A stretch of 64,000 nucleotides of DNA from Chiloscyllium plagiosum (Eukaryota), in NCBI RefSeq assembly GCF_004010195.1, contig NC_057751.1, positions 7,454,446-7,518,445 on the forward strand, read 5' to 3'. Below the pieces are notes generated by a model, which was not told where the DNA came from, did no database searches, and worked only from the letters and a program-made list of their open reading frames with translations. The position numbers were made by a program, and so were the translations under genes. Shown here one piece after another: positions 1 to 14,250 of the stretch (position 1 is the stretch's first letter; each line of letters starts with the position of its first letter).

Positions 1-190
1 TGCTCACCCAACCTTCTAACCCCTCTTCCAGGTCATTTATAAAAATGACAAACAGCAATGGTCCCAAAACAGATCCTTGCGGAACACCGCTAGTGACGGC
101 ACTCCATGAAGAAACTTTGTCATCAACTACTACCCTCTGTCTTCTTCCATCCAGCCAATTCCTAATCCAAACCTCCAACTCACCCTCAAT
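1..190 (-). mobile_element. CR1-clade LINE reverse-transcriptase fragment
   Basis: Reverse strand encodes [23 protein letters not shown] (non-LTR RT motif). Confidence 0.85.
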
Positions 191-317
191 GTCCCTGAAA
201 CAAACATCACATTATTGGAATAGCCAAACTTGGGATTGAAATCACATAGGGGAGTGCCACCAGCTAGTCAGTTGGGTTGTTCCTTGATGCAGTTTGACTG
301 TTGTCTATTTATTTCAG

Positions 318-469
318 AACCAAACTTTGTTGGCTCCGCATATGTCCAAGAAAGTGCCGACAGTGCGATGGGGGATGATGATAAGATCTACTTTTTCTTC
401 AGTGAGAGAGCTGTTGAGTACGACTGTTACAAAGAGCAGGTGGTGGCCAGGGTTGCTCGTGTGTGCAAG
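318..469 (+). CDS. SEMA4C: Semaphorin-4C-like, internal Sema-domain exon (upstream exons lie outside the window)
   Basis: tttcag|aac...aag|gtaaga; encodes (E)[50 protein letters not shown], a typical Sema4 motif. Confidence 0.93.
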
Positions 470-616
470 GTAAGATGAGCTTTGACATTTTGGCTTGCCT
501 CCTGACTCCTGCATGAGCCTGGTTCAGCGCCACTGTGACCATAGTGGCTTTTCTGAAAAGGGTGTTGCCAACATAGTCCGTATCAGGAGTCTCCGTTAAT
601 GTTAGTTGTGTGATTT

Positions 617-937
617 TAGATTTAGATTAGATTACTTTACAGTGTGGAAACAGGCCCTTCGGCCCAACAAGTCCACACCGACCCGCCGAAGCGCAAACCA
701 CCCACACCCCTACATTTACCCCCTACCTAACACTACGGACAATTTAGCATGGCCAATTCACCTGACCTGCACATCTTTGGAACTGTGGGAGGAAACCGGA
801 GCACCCGGAGGAAACCCACGCAGACACGGGGAGAATGTGCAAACTCCACACAGTCAGTCGCCCGAGGCGGGAACTGAACCCGGGTCTCTGGCGCTGCGAG
901 GCAGCAGTGCTAACCACTGTGCCACCGTGCCGCCCAC
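617..937 (-). mobile_element. HE1-like tRNA-derived SINE, near full length
   Basis: Minus strand: A box TGGCACAGTGG, B box GGTTCAGTTCC, V-SINE-like core, LINE-derived 3' end and (AATCT)n tail; many homologues in the window. Confidence 0.9.
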
Positions 938-1489
938 ACGGTGATGTGAGGAGATGGGAAGCAGTGGTGATGTGACTGGTAATAACTGTTTCCATCAGTA
1001 AGGCAGAAATTGTCAGTTATCAATGTGTTAAATCAAACATTTTGGCCAGTAAACAAGACAGAGTCCATCACATTAGGACATAAATGCATGTTATGGTATA
1101 GTGTGGACCCCCACAACCTTAGTCTGCAGCAGTACTGCAACGTGCAAGTTGAAGTTTTGACTTGTGACACTAATTTTAACACCGAATTGCATGTCTGTGA
1201 CCAAGATAGAGGAGATAAAACAAGAAAGAAGCCCTGCCCTGCTCCACATGCAACTCCAACAGTGAAGAGCTTCCCACCACTCATGCTGATAACTTGTGTA
1301 AGATTTCTAATTTTCAGCCACGAACAGTGGGCTATCCAAGTAGTTCTGAGTTCAATAAAGCACGTATGTCCATATTTTCCCCTGGAAATTGCATGATGGA
1401 TGAGTTTCCTGATTGGTGCCGGTGTGCTTTGTTACATGTTAGGTTTTTTATCATGAGTCTTGCAAGTAATCCGCATTGGTTATGTTGTT

Positions 1490-2360
1490 ACAGTCAGGAC
1501 AGCGAAGAAGGTTACCTCAGATTAGAATGGGCTGAGAAGTGGCAGATGGAGTTTAATGTAGATAAATGTGAGGTGCTGCATTTTTGAAAAAGCAATTTGG
1601 AGCAGGACTTATACACTTAATGGTAAGGTCCTGGGGATTGTGGCTGAACAGAGAAACCTTGGAGTGCAAGTTCATAGCTCCTTCACAGAAGCGTTGCAGG
1701 TAGATACGATCATAGAGAAGGCATTTGGTCCGCTTTCCTTTATTGATTTGGAGTGTTGAGTACTGGAGTTGGGAGGTCATGTTGCAGCTGTACAGGACGT
1801 TGGTTAGGCCACTTTTGGAATATTGTATGTAATTCTGGTCTCCTTCCTGTCGGAAAGATGTTGTGAAACATGCAAGGATTCCGAAAGGATTTACAAGGAT
1901 GTTGGCAGGGTTCGAGGGTTTGAGCAATAGGGAGAGGCTGATTTAGACTGGGCCTGTTTTCCTTGAAGCATCGGAAGTTGAAGGGTGACCTTTTACAGGT
2001 TTATAAAATCATGACTGGCGTGGATAGGATAAACGGACAAGGTATTTTCCCAGGGGTGGGGGAGTCCATAATGTAAGGGCATAAGTTAAGGGTGAGAGGC
2101 AAAAGATACCAAAGGGACCTGAGAGACAATGTTTTCACGCAGAGGGTGGTGTGTGTATGGAATGAGCTGCCATATGAAGTGATGGACATTAGTACAATTG
2201 CAACATTTAAAAGGTATCTGGATGGGTATATGAATTGGAAGAGTTTGGAGGGATGTGGGCCAAATCCTGGCAAATGAGACTAGAGTAATGTAGAATATCT
2301 GGTCGGCAAGGGCGAATTACACCAAACGGTCTGTTTCTGTGCTCTACATCTCTGACTTTA
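1490..2360 (+). mobile_element. CR1/HER1-like LINE 3' fragment, degenerate
   Basis: WAEKWQMEFNVDKCEVLHF and FTQRVVCVWNELP remnants; 3' end shared with the SINEs. Confidence 0.88.
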
Positions 2361-3639
2361 ATTGTTTAATCCATTTCTCCCATTACTTTACTTTGGCGGC
2401 ATTACACTTTAGCCATCATATACTGAGCATTTTAAACACGAGCTGAACTGTTCATGTGAAAGACTTTTTCTGGCTCCAAGGTCACAGGTGATGATTTCAC
2501 CAGCATTTTGCTGTTCACTCATGTGAAAGTTGAAACCTCCAAGATGAGTAAATGTTACTCACCAGGAAATGGCCAAAGGTTTTATGGCATTATATGTGAT
2601 GTGGCAGATAGACTCACTTTGATGAAGTTCTGAAAATCCCAACACTGCAAAAGCAAGATGACAAAAGAAGTCAGGACCTGGTAATGGTATTGAAGGCAGT
2701 GTACATGTCCTTTCTCCATCATCTCCTTCTGTCCTTGATTCTGATAACTGGAAGGCAGAAATATAATTTACTGTGTAAGTACCTGTTGATGTACTTGTCC
2801 ACTGCCAGCATTCTGTGACTCTTGGCAAACTATTGCCTGAAGGTTATGCTTCAATTGAATGAGATTGTGTCAAGCAGACTCTCAAAGATTCCTGGTAGAT
2901 GAGCCTTAGCTCAAACAGTTACCTGATGGTTATGAAGCATGTTTATGCTACCAATGTTTGTTGGACCAATATGACTGACTCAAACCATCACTTCAACTTT
3001 TTAGCCTTGAGGGATAATGTGCACAACGGGTAAATCAGCTTCTTGATTTGACCTGTAAGTCTTAAATTCATTTGTACAGATGTGCATTCTGACTGCTTTC
3101 TCCCCATCACTACAGACACTGGCAAGAATTAGTAGTCCTTTATTTAACATAATCTGTTATATCCTTCTGTCTTCATTCTGGACTGGTTCTCCTTTTATTG
3201 TATTATGCTTGTGAGCTTCCCCTCTCCAAATGACCATTGCAAATGTCACCTCCCATCCTCTGCGCTTGAACATCAGGTGCCTTTTGTAACCTTTTCTTTG
3301 TTCCTAGCCCACCACTTAATTCCTGCAGTAAATTGTTACTAAGAAATTTCCTCCTTCATTGCATCAGCTTTCAAAATCCATTGTAAGGCAGGGTCCATGT
3401 TGTTCCCTGTTCTCTCATGTATTCCCCAACCTTGCTCTGCTTCCATTCAGTGCTTCATTGCTGTGTGGCTGATGATTTCTTTTTTACTTTGAATTCTGTT
3501 TGTAATCTCTCCACCCCACCACCTCCAAAAAACATTGTGATGCAAAGCTATGATGGTGGACAAGCACCACTTCGTGAACCATTCAGCATCTCCACTTGGG
3601 TCTCCATAGAACTACTGAGGGCATCAAGTAAGACAGAAC

Positions 3640-3830
3640 AGATGCCAACCTCTTACCCTAAACCTATGCCCTGTAGTTTTGGACTCTTTTCCCTCCCACC
3701 TGAGGGAAAAGGCTTTGTCTATTCATTCTCTCTATGCACCTCATGATTTTATAAACCTCAATAAAGCCATGTCTCAGCCTCTGATGCTCCAGGGAAAACA
3801 GTCCCAGCCTATTCAACGTCTTCCTCAATT
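3640..3830 (-). mobile_element. CR1-like LINE fragment
   Basis: Reverse-complement similarity to the 3' part of the 1490-2360 LINE. Confidence 0.65.
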
Positions 3831-4047
3831 GCTCATTTGCTAGTTTTGAAAGATGGGAATTCCCGAGGTAGGGAAATGGGAATTAGTGATCAAGTTAAAT
3901 GTTTAATGCCACGCTGCCAGCAATAACCCTGTTGCTCAGGTACTCATGTGCTGCTTCATTCAGCAAACTGAGTCCCAACTTGAGTTCTGCTCCATTTTAG
4001 ACAAGCCAAGCTTTGCGTTTATTGCTAAATTTCTCCTCCAAGGACCC

Positions 4048-4300
4048 AGAATCATACGATCCCCACAGTGTACAAACAGGCCATTCGGGCCAACATGTCC
4101 ACACCGACCCTCTGAAGAGCTTCCCCCCCACCCCATCTCTATTGTCCAGGCTAATGCACCTGACCTGCACTATATCAGACTGCAGGAAGAAATTCACGCA
4201 GACACTGGGAGAATATGCCAAGTCCACACAGTTGCACGTGGCTGCTATGGAACCCGCATCCCTGGTGCTATGAGGTAGAAGTGCTAACCGCTGTGCTGCC
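4048..4300 (-). mobile_element. HE1-like SINE, diverged
   Basis: Similarity to the 617-937 copy. Confidence 0.8.
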
Positions 4301-4571
4301 TCTGTTTTATGTTGCACCAGTATGTAAATACAGGGAACTAATGGCTGGGGATAATCATTTCTTAATCTTGGTCAGATTGGGTTTTGGTTACATGGCCAAA
4401 ATTCTTCTGCCATAGCCATCAGTGAACTAAATAAAAAAACCTCATTGTTTTTTCTTAGACAGTGAATAACAGGGTTGGGGAGAGGACAAATATAAATGTG
4501 TGTTTGTTACTGTCGATAATGACTGCACTTGCTGTTCGATAAAAGCAAATTAAGGTTTTTCTCAATGGCAG

Positions 4572-4747
4572 GGTGACATGGGTGGGGCTCGAACTCTTCA
4601 GAAAAAATGGACAACTTTCTTGAAGGCCCGCTTATTGTGCTCAGTCCCCGAGCTACAGCTTCACTTCAACAAGATCCAGACTACTTACACACTGAATGAT
4701 GTCACTTGGCAGAAGACTGTGTTCTTTGGTATCTTCCAGGCACAATG
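4572..4747 (+). CDS. SEMA4C: Semaphorin-4C-like exon (Sema domain)
   Basis: cag|GGT...TG|gtaagt; [36 protein letters not shown]...FFGIFQAQW; in frame with the neighbouring exons. Confidence 0.95.
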
Positions 4748-7494
4748 GTAAGTTGAATTGGGATTCCATTCTGATTTTTCCTGCCATCAAGACTTCACTT
4801 GCACTCCCAGTACTGTTCTGGTCATGAGTTTTTCAAAAGCACTTGGCTGAGACAGTCGTGTACATATGTGGTTGATTCAAATGCCAGGTGGTGTCTCAAG
4901 TCCATAAGGCAGTATCATGGACTGACTCACTGGCTATCTGTCCAGGGTTAATAATCCCTCACCCCTGTTGGGAAAGAATTGATCTAGGGACAGAGCCTCA
5001 TCACTCCTATTGAGTGTAGCCTTCATATGTCATGTGGTCCCACATGTGACCACTATAAGCCATAGAATGGCTCATTTGCTACTTGATATTGCTTGAGTCA
5101 TCCTGTGCATTGCGTGAAGTTGGCGAAATTTGCTGCGTCTTGGGGCTCAGTATGTAGTTTCTACGTTGATAGAGGATGGGTTAAAATAGGAGGAGATCTG
5201 AGGAAACTGGGATTTTAGCACTGTTTGGATGTCTGATGGACCTGGCGCCAGGGCAGGGATGGTTGGTTCAACACTGAAATCATTCCCACTGTTCGTGCAA
5301 GGGGAAGGGAGGTTGTTGGCTCAACTGGAACCTTGTTGTCGATGATTTAGTCTGTCAGAATGCAATACACCCACTCTAAGTTGATCTAGCCTTCGAGAGG
5401 AAGAAAGAGATTGCATGCAGCAAAGTGAAAAGTTCAGCTTGAGCTGTAAAAAAAATGTCATGGTTGCAAATGAAATTGGAGTGAATGGCTTCCTGTCAGA
5501 CTTTTTTTACACTGGCAAGTGCGGTCACAATGTTATTGCGAAGATGTGCTACAAAATTCAAGATATTGGTTCACTGCATCTGGCTCCCTGTGTTATACCC
5601 AGAGCTGGTGATTGGAGCATCCATTCCTCTTCACTCCAGCAGATTAGCCATTGGATCATGAAGGTTTGGACAAGGTGAAGTGAGTAATTAGTCCAGTCAG
5701 GGTCATTTTGCTGCCAAGTTAAGTCTGGCAAAAGTCACACCAAGTGTTGTCCTCATCCAAGATGGCTGTCCACTGATTCCCAATGAAGACAGTTTGCTTG
5801 TGCCCATAATGGATAAGCTCTGCTTTGATGCAATGTCTTAATGGCCACAGCCTACTAGCATTGTAAGCTGCAGTTCCTCGCATTTGAAGGCAGATGCTCC
5901 TGGGGCACCTGCCCGTGCATGTAGAATTGAGCCAGAGTACACCTTTCTTGGGGATTGACTGAAGTGTTTGGTATGATGAGAGATGTTGGTAGGGGAAGAA
6001 ACATTGTGTGTTGTGTTTTTGTTGGCAAGTAAAATGGTGCAATTGGGAGGAAGTCAGTCTCCCCATTTCAGCTGGTGTGTGAAGAACACATGGGAATAAA
6101 AGCTGCAAATGTGTGCTGTGCAGGCTGCATGAGTGAGACTTTGTGTTGATTAGTCCCTGGAGAATTAGACAAATGTGACAGGCTGGAGAATTTTTGCCTT
6201 ATCAGGAAGAAGTTAGACTGCAAACTGTGTGAGACAGGTGATCAAGTTGGTGTGGGTGACGGGGGGAGGGGTGAGAGGGTGATTGCTAAGACAATATTGG
6301 AGATGCAGGTACTGCTGCTCTGCTCTGCACAGAAGGCAACACACAATCCCAGCAGGAAGGAATTAGATTTCCGAACATGCTGACGTTTCTGTCTGTTACC
6401 CTCAACTTGAGCTCGTTACCTATAAAAAGGCTGAAATGTGGCTTTTATTGTGAGTTCAGGGACGCACTTCCACTTGGGGTGAATATTTACCCAGGAGACC
6501 TTGTTTTGTGGCTCAGTTGAACTGATTCTGTGATGAAAAGCTTGTCCCAAGTTTTTGCTGAAGACACGTCCAAAAAATGTATCCACTAATTGCAATTATG
6601 AAAGGGTAAACGTGCAAATGCTGTGTGAAAAGAGAACTGTGAAAAGAGTTGAGGCAGGCAAGCTGTGATTAGTATATCTATTGAGAAGAAAAAATAATGC
6701 AGCCAACGTGGATGAGCAAAACGAAATTGGCATGGTATTGATGAACTTGTGCACTTGATCAAGAATGCAAAACGTTAGATTTGGATGTGTTTGAGCAGTT
6801 GTCAAATATATTGGAAACATGTCTGTATCTGAGCTGTGGTTCAGACCAGGCTTCTATAATTGTAGCATTACATTGACTGCTTGCAAATTTGTAAATCAGT
6901 TGTGCTTTGATCCATGGTAATTTTTTGCTTTGGTAGACGTAGTCGTTTGCAACTTAATGAATGATGTACAGTCGGTTCTGCAATGATGTGTGTTTCCTCC
7001 ACATGAATTGGTTTCAACGCATTTACAGAATTTCAACCATTATATGTAGAACAGGAACCTTTGATACCAATACTGGCAAAATCTGGCCCCATTAGTTTAA
7101 ATGGCGCAGCTGTTGTGGAAGTTGTGGATATAATACAAGATTGCAGCTATTGTGTTACATCAGAGTTGACTGTCCTGTCTTGGGCTGAAAAGCTGCAGTT
7201 AGGGCTAACAGAGCACTTTTACTAAGACCTCCAGCTTTCCAGAGTTACTGCTGTCAGATTTTTGAAATGAGGACATTCCCTCAGCACTTAGTTATTTCTG
7301 CAGCAATCTTTTATTTCCAAGCATGAACATCATTCTCTAATGGAGCATGCTGAAAATATGGCAGAGATAGAAAGATTTGGTCAACGGCTAAAGTTTGAGG
7401 TCAAGCTCCAGGACTTGGCAGTAAAAGCTTGGCTTTTTCGTGTACTACATACACTGTACCATCAGATGTGAAGACATTGCAAGATGGGTTTAAT

Positions 7495-7795
7495 AGCATT
7501 GTAGAACCTCTGCAGTCAAGAAGCAGGTCACTTGGCCTGTGCAGTACACACCAAGCCTCTGAAGAATGTCCACCCACATGTAGCTCCCCGAGCCTGTGTT
7601 TCCCATGGCTAACGCACCTAACCTTGACATTCGTGGACCATGGTGGGCAACTTAATATGACCAATCTGCCTAAGGTCCACATGTTTTGACTGTGGCAAGA
7701 GACACAGGCACAGAAAATATGCAAACCCCAAACAGTCGGCTGAGGCTGGAACTGAATTCCCGGTGCTGTGAAGCAGGAGTGTTATCCACGGCACC
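7495..7795 (-). mobile_element. HE1-like SINE, old and degenerate
   Basis: Recognisable core and tRNA-head remnants. Confidence 0.65.
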
Positions 7796-8074
7796 AGACA
7801 GTATGACGTTGCTGTACCTCTCTGTGTGAGGCAGTAGAGCTGGAACGTAACTGAGATTTAGGCAAAGGAGTGATGGAACAGCTTGAAGCACTTCTGATAA
7901 ATGCAATAACCATCTGTTGGTGCTGGATGCCAAGTGCCGACTGAACAATGGTGATACTGCATTTCATTTGATGTCAGTCTGTTCATCTCTGCTGTGATGG
8001 CAAATGAGAGCTTTAATGTGAAATTTTTGTTAGCAGCCTGTTGGGTGTCATGACCTCTTACTGCTTGCTTACAG

Positions 8075-8219
8075 GGCTGATGTGGACATGTCTGCTGTCT
8101 GCCAGTACCGGATTGAAGACATTCAACGTGCCTTTGATGGACCTTTCAAAGAATACCGGGACCAGGCACAGAAATGGGGCCGATACTCTGACAAAGTGCC
8201 AAGTCCCCGGCCTGGAGCA
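8075..8219 (+). CDS. SEMA4C: Semaphorin-4C-like exon (Sema domain)
   Basis: ttacag|g...gca|gtaagt; ADVDMSAVCQYRIEDIQRAFDGPFKEYRDQAQKWGRYSDKVPSPRPGA. Confidence 0.95.
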
Positions 8220-9179
8220 GTAAGTTTTTGGCGCAAGTTTATCTTGATCCTTCCATAACTAACAAACTGTTTGGATGAATTCCAGCAGAGAACGTGGAGA
8301 AGATAGTTTAAATTCCCCTTCTTTATGTTAATTCCCTTAGCACTTCATTGGTAAGGTTGAGTTTACCTGGAGATAAGTTCACGTGATATATATCACCATG
8401 CTGGGCTATTATGTGTAACCTGTCCATGTTAAGATGTCTGCTGTACTCAAGCTGCCTCCTGTCTCTGTTCATGTTCATCTTCTTAAGCTAAGTTCATGTC
8501 CTTTATTTGATTGTTTTCTGTCTTGGCTTCAAATCCTTCAATATTTGGTAATACACCTTCAATGCTGATTGGATAAATACATGGGTTTGTTTTTCGTGAT
8601 GGTAACAAATAGCTATGTTTGTTTGCATTGGAAGCAAAATTCACATTTGTGGGTACTCTTGAGTTTTGATTTAAAACATAATTTTGCTGGACATTGAAAT
8701 GTTATTGTCATTGGACAAGAACACACAGAAGCAGTGTTCTGAGCATGGACTATCCCTGACTGAATACCAGTTTGAGCAGCATGTGTCTATGGTCTGGACT
8801 GACAGCAAGCATGAAGCCATGAGGGAGGTACATTGCTGTTGGCTAATTTGGCATTGCACTGAATCAATGCTGATGAGGTTCAGTCTGCAGGAGTTGAGCA
8901 GCACTTGTGAAGCTATAAGTCAGTACAAGTCTCCACTTTGTGGAAGGTGGAGGCCTGCGGTCAAGGTGCAGGTTGGGTTTCCATTCAGGTTATTCCTTTG
9001 GGGGAGTAGCAGTGTGTCCCTGAAAGGCATTTCTGCTCCCTTGCAGTCCATCAGGCCTGCTTAAAACCAGATTGTGTTTCTGGGAAAAGTTATGGTCCTT
9101 TGGTTAATTTAGCTTCCTTTATTCACTTTTATTCAATATCAACTACCGTTTGTGGGCATGAGTTTACCATGAGTCTGCT

Positions 9180-9710
9180 TATGAAGAATTCTGGTCTGCC
9201 TGCAATGAGACAAATGTTGTGTAACTTGAAAGGGTTTAGAAAAGATTTACAAGGGATGTTGACTGGGTTGGAGGGTTTGAATTACAGGGAGAGGCTGAAT
9301 TGGCTGGGGCTGTTTTCCCAGGAGCATTGGAGGCTGAGGGGTGACCTTACAGAAGTTTAGAAATCATGAGGGGCATGGATAGGATAAATATACAAGGTCT
9401 TTTCCCTGGGTTGGGGCAGTCCAGAAATACTGGGTATCGCTTTTGGGTGAGAGGGAAAGAAGTGAGACCTAATGGGCAACTTGGTCATGTAAAGGGTGGA
9501 GAGTGTATGGAACGAGCTGCCAGAGGACTTGGAGTAGGCTGGTACAATAACGACATCTGAGAGGCATCTGGATGGGAATATGATGGAAGGGTGTAGAGGG
9601 ATATGGGACCAATTGTTGACAAGAGTCTAGATTTTATAGGATATCATGTCAGCATGGACGAGTTGGACTGAAGGGTCAGTTTCCATGCTGTACATCTTTT
9701 GATTCTTTGT
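9180..9710 (+). mobile_element. CR1/HER1-like LINE 3' fragment
   Basis: GLEGLNYRERLNWLGLFS...RGDL remnants; same 3' UTR as the other copies. Confidence 0.85.
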
Positions 9711-9879
9711 ATCTTAAGTGTGTGACAGTTGAATTACTTGATGCTGATTTAATGTCAGAAGCGCCCAGCAACAAATTTTTCCCAAACAAAGTGATTATTA
9801 TAAGAAGCTAAACTCAATTGTCCCTTCAGCAGTATGGTTCAAGTTTGCAGCATCCCAGGAAACCCAGTAGCAGATCTTA

Positions 9880-10050
9880 AAAATGTGTTGCTGGAAAAGC
9901 GCAGCAGGTCAGGCAGCATCAAAGGAACAGGAGAATCGATGTTTCGGGCATAAGCCCTTCTTCAGGAATGTTCTTCCTTGAAGAAGCTCTCCTCCTCCCT
10001 CTACAAACTAGCTCTGATCTCCAGCATCTGCAGTCCTCACTTTCTCCTCG
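9880..10050. mobile_element. Penelope-like terminal-repeat relic (family A) with a hammerhead motif on the - strand
   Basis: Shared with 21757-21936, 51962-53160 and 61559-61778; - strand reads CTGAAGAAGGGCTTATGCCCGAAACATC. Confidence 0.7.
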
Positions 10051-10686
10051 TTGATTTTAACCCAGTATCACATGTCTGGGTATCTAATTGCAATTTGGAA
10101 GTAGTTGGGACAGAGCATTGATCAGTATTGAATTTAGTGTGCATTCAGGCTGTTGTTGTCAGGATTACTCCCTCGACATGATTTAAATTTGTATATTTTG
10201 GATCTTGGTTCTATCAGAGTGGTATTTGATAAAATAGGGTATCTGTTTATTGTAGTGATCTGTTGCAGGAAAGGCCACAGTGACACTTAAAAAAACATCT
10301 TTTGACTCCACTATTGAGTTGGGCCATTGGAACCATCGGTAATCTGATTGGCAGATCCTGGATAAAGAGTGTCAAATGCACTGTCAGCTTGACTTGAGAC
10401 CTTTTTTGTTGTTGTTGTTACAACAATGTATAACATATCCCAGGAACTTGCCTTGTGTCAATGTTGTTTGGCCAGTAACAATCATCTTGATTGAGATGGA
10501 GTTACTAGATCTTGGGTTGTAGTATCAAGTGCAGCAGTAAATGTAAATTGTTATGCCAGTAAATCTGTCAGCAGAACAAATACCTAAGTTATGCTTGTAA
10601 CACTAAGGGGTAATCTCCAAATATTGCATGTAAGAATTTGAATGTAAACTGCTAACATTTTCTCATGATCTTGTCCTGGTTTCCAG

Positions 10687-10909
10687 TGCATCACAAACAA
10701 CCATAGGGAGCTTGGTTATAACACTTCACTCGAGTTGCCTGACAACACCCTTAACTTCGCGAAGAAGCATCCACTGATGGACGATCTCGTTCAACCTGTC
10801 GGACATCAACCTCTACTCATCCAGAAAAACATTAACTACACACAGATTGTGGTGGACTGGGCATTGGCTGTGAATGGGAATCAGTACATAGTCCTCTTCA
10901 TTGGGACAG
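10687..10909 (+). CDS. SEMA4C: Semaphorin-4C-like exon (Sema domain)
   Basis: ttccag|tgc...acag|gttagt; CITNNHRELGYNTSLELPDNTLNFAKKHPLMDD...VLFIGT. Confidence 0.95.
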
Positions 10910-12555
10910 GTTAGTCCTCTTTTTGGTTTTGAAGATTTACAGTAGTCTGTCAGAGAGTAGGTCTTTAGTGTTGCAATCTGGGTTCAATAAAGTGTCACAG
11001 TTTTTTCTGTAAGTTGTTACCAAGTTCCTTGTGCGTAGTGTCTGGCACATGTGGTCCAAAAGAAAATATCCACTTAATTCTGGCTGAAAGAAGAGCTATG
11101 TTATCCAATCTCATGTTTAACTGGTCAGCCCAGTGGAAGACCATGAAGGTTTGAAAGGCTGGGGAAATGGCAGTGATGGGTTGGTAATTCAAGATAACGG
11201 TTTTAAGAGAGTTGCTGTGGAAAAGAAGGTCATGTGCCTTCTACCTGTAGCTTTGTGGATGTGTGTACGACATGCTTTGGCCTATGCATCTGAAGTGACA
11301 GTTTTCAACAGATTTTTGAAGAAGGGGAGGGGGCAGTGCTAAAGAAATATGGTGGTAAATCTGAGAGTAAAGCTAATACTTTAGAGATGTGGGTGCAAAT
11401 GTCACAGTAGCAGGAACTGAAATTTGAACTGAAGGGATACCAGGAATATTATGACTGCTGTAAGGTATGGCTGAACTGCAAACTGTATAATTAATTACTG
11501 TTAATGGTTTTGTAAAAACTTAAGTGCCTCAGAATGGTCCTTCAGGGAAAAAGCTTGGTTAAATTGCCTGTGTGAAGAGTAACTTTGTATGTATTGTGAA
11601 CTCCCTGAAATGGCACAATCCATTCTGTCAGATCAATTGGCATGTGCAACAAGTGCTTGCTCAATTAATGATGTGCACATAATTTACATTATGAATTAAA
11701 AACAAAGCAGGGGAATATAAATGCCTTTTTTTTGGAAGAGGAGCTTTGCATGGTTGTGACAGTGCCAGCTGGTGCCTGCCTTTTTTCTGGGGTGACAGCA
11801 GTTTGCAAAGTGCAGATAGACTATGCATTAACAAAAAATGGCTTTGGGCATCTTTTGGTTGTGATGTGAACGTTAAAACTGATAGTGCCCAGGAAATTTT
11901 GGAGTTAAACATTAGCTGGATGGCTAGTGTGTTAAATGAATGTAAATTGGTAAACCTTGAACTGGTTCACCAACGTCATGTTCAGGTGAAGAAATCTGAT
12001 AGAGTTAGACTGTTTAAGGGGCAGGTTACTGCAGAGAGAGTAGATCCTAATTGCCCTTTCCAAAGTGCAATGAGCAGTGAATGGTGGCCCAGCACTGTGC
12101 ATAAAGTGACAGAGAAAAAGCTCACTGAAGCAAATGGACAGCAAACTACGTGCAATTGGAGTCATGTGATACTGGAGTGAACTTTGGATTTTGTTTCTGT
12201 GTGAATTTACAGAAAGAACATGATTAATAACATAGGGAAAATTTATGATTTCTCTTGGAATGCCTTTGTCCCACTGTTGACCGTGAGTTTGCTTGTAAGA
12301 TGTGCTATCTTCAATCTGGGAAAGTGCCCCATGGTGTTAAACATGAACATTTGCAAGGGTCAGGAAACATCCAGCGTTCAGCTATAGGGTTGTACATTTG
12401 TTGGGACAGGACAAATTGTAAACTTAGATGACCATCATGTGCTGCTGAAACAGCTTGATTTCTGTTCTAGTTCCCTGGTTGGAGTCAGCAATGTCATATG
12501 TATGGAGTTTCCATGTCAAACAGTTCCTGGCATGTGTTTGCTTCTGAATCCTTAG

Positions 12556-12671
12556 GTAGAGGATGGCTGCACAAGGCTGTAATGATTGGTTCCCAGATAC
12601 ACATTATTGAAGAGCTCCAGCTATTTGAGGACCCTCAGCCAGTTGAAAACTTAGCCATCTCCAAGAAGAAA
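12556..12671 (+). CDS. SEMA4C: Semaphorin-4C-like exon (end of Sema domain)
   Basis: cttag|gt...aaa|gtaagt; GRGWLHKAVMIGSQIHIIEELQLFEDPQPVENLAISKKK. Confidence 0.92.
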
Positions 12672-13458
12672 GTAAGTGTGTCCTCTATGTTTATTCAGCA
12701 TGACCGTCAACAGCTCTGTTTAGCTCCATCCAATAAGTCAATGATTTAATCTATGTTCTGTGTAGCTCCCCAGTTTGTTTTAATGTTATTACTCTGCTTT
12801 GTCAAGATCACAGTATTAACAGTCGATCATACCACAGATGAGCGATGGAGAATAGTCCAATGTGATGGGCTTAAAGGGCACCACTTAGTAAACCGGGCAA
12901 TGTTATCTACCTTTGAGAATGGTAGAAGGTACTGCTGTTGTGCAGAGTTTGAAGAAAACTTAGTAGGTTGTATTCCTTGCCTTGTTGGCCAAAATAATTT
13001 TTCTAAAGATGCTTGGATGATGAAACTTAGTGTTAGATAACACTGAACTTGACCAAGAGGACCTGTGGATTCTGAAGCTCTGTAACTCCAAACCTACATC
13101 CTGCCATGAATTAACTCTGTGGTGTCCTGCTATACCAATATATCAATGTTTAATTTCTTGACTGCAGTTTGAAATTGTTTTAAGTGATTGCCATTTTTCC
13201 ACAGTTCCTGTTGAGCATCCCCTAAGATCATTATGCTGTTCATGTGTGGAGTGCTAGTACTCTTCGTTTTTTATGTGCGTTGCTTAATGTTTCTCCCAAG
13301 TCCTTGAATCTGCATTGTTACATTCTTCAACAGCCACTTTTGTTGGAAATACTGTGAAAGACCTTGAAATGTCTGCCCTATTGTAAAGGTCCTATGTGAA
13401 TGCAAGTTGGTATTCAGAGTGGGCATGAAGTTCATTCTTCTCCCCTTCCTTGCTACAG

Positions 13459-13610
13459 AAACTCCTGTTTGCTGGATCTCGCAGTCAGGTTGTTCAGGTG
13501 CCGTTTGCAGACTGTGAGAAGTACAGAAGCTGTGTGGATTGCATCTTGGCAAGGGACCCATACTGTGCCTGGACAAAGTGGGGATGCATGAGCGTTGATG
13601 AATCATCTGG
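13459..13610 (+). CDS. SEMA4C: Semaphorin-4C-like exon (PSI domain)
   Basis: ctacag|aaa...gg|gtaagg; [38 protein letters not shown], with the PSI cysteine pattern. Confidence 0.95.
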
Positions 13611-14250
13611 GTAAGGATCGAGTCTTGTGTTGTGATAGACTTGTTTGTTTTTTTTAGTGTGAGCACAACTGGTACCTTTTAACTCAAATAGTGGCATTCC
13701 TAATGTGCCCAGGTCTAAAATGTAATCCATCTGGGGCATTTGATATGGGTTTGGGCTGATGATGGAAAATGCCAACGAATTGGGATAAATGGGAGCTCAT
13801 GTTGCACTCCTGAGTGTCCAAGGATGGTATGCTCCACATACCAGGAAGCTGTATTTTATGTGAAAATCTTTTGAGTTGTACTGTGCAGTTTCAATGTGGC
13901 CTCCACCCCTCAGACCATAGTATATTTCAAGGAATGGAGTAGATTTCATAAATGTTTTGTGTCAAGTTGGAGGCTTGGAGCTGCATTGGTGATTACTCAA
14001 CTTCTCAGTTGTTGAACTCTAAGAAGGATATGAAATGCAGAGTGGCGATGACAAATCAAGTCAAACTGCCCATAAATAAATTGAGGTTAAAAGTATGTCT
14101 GCTGTGGAGGTTCAGCATGCTGAGATTTCAACGTTCCACTGGATGTGCTTCAACTCATGTCAAATCTGTGGAACAGAATCGTTCTGGACTACTGTGTTTT
14201 ATGTATTTTGGTCAAGGTTAATTCCAGACAATTTATTTTGTTTCTTACAG

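Noticed and set aside
606..995. ORFs such as WEETGAPGGNPRRHGENVQTPHSQSPEAG recurring at several loci
   Set aside because: Chance translations of HE1 SINE copies, not a protein family.
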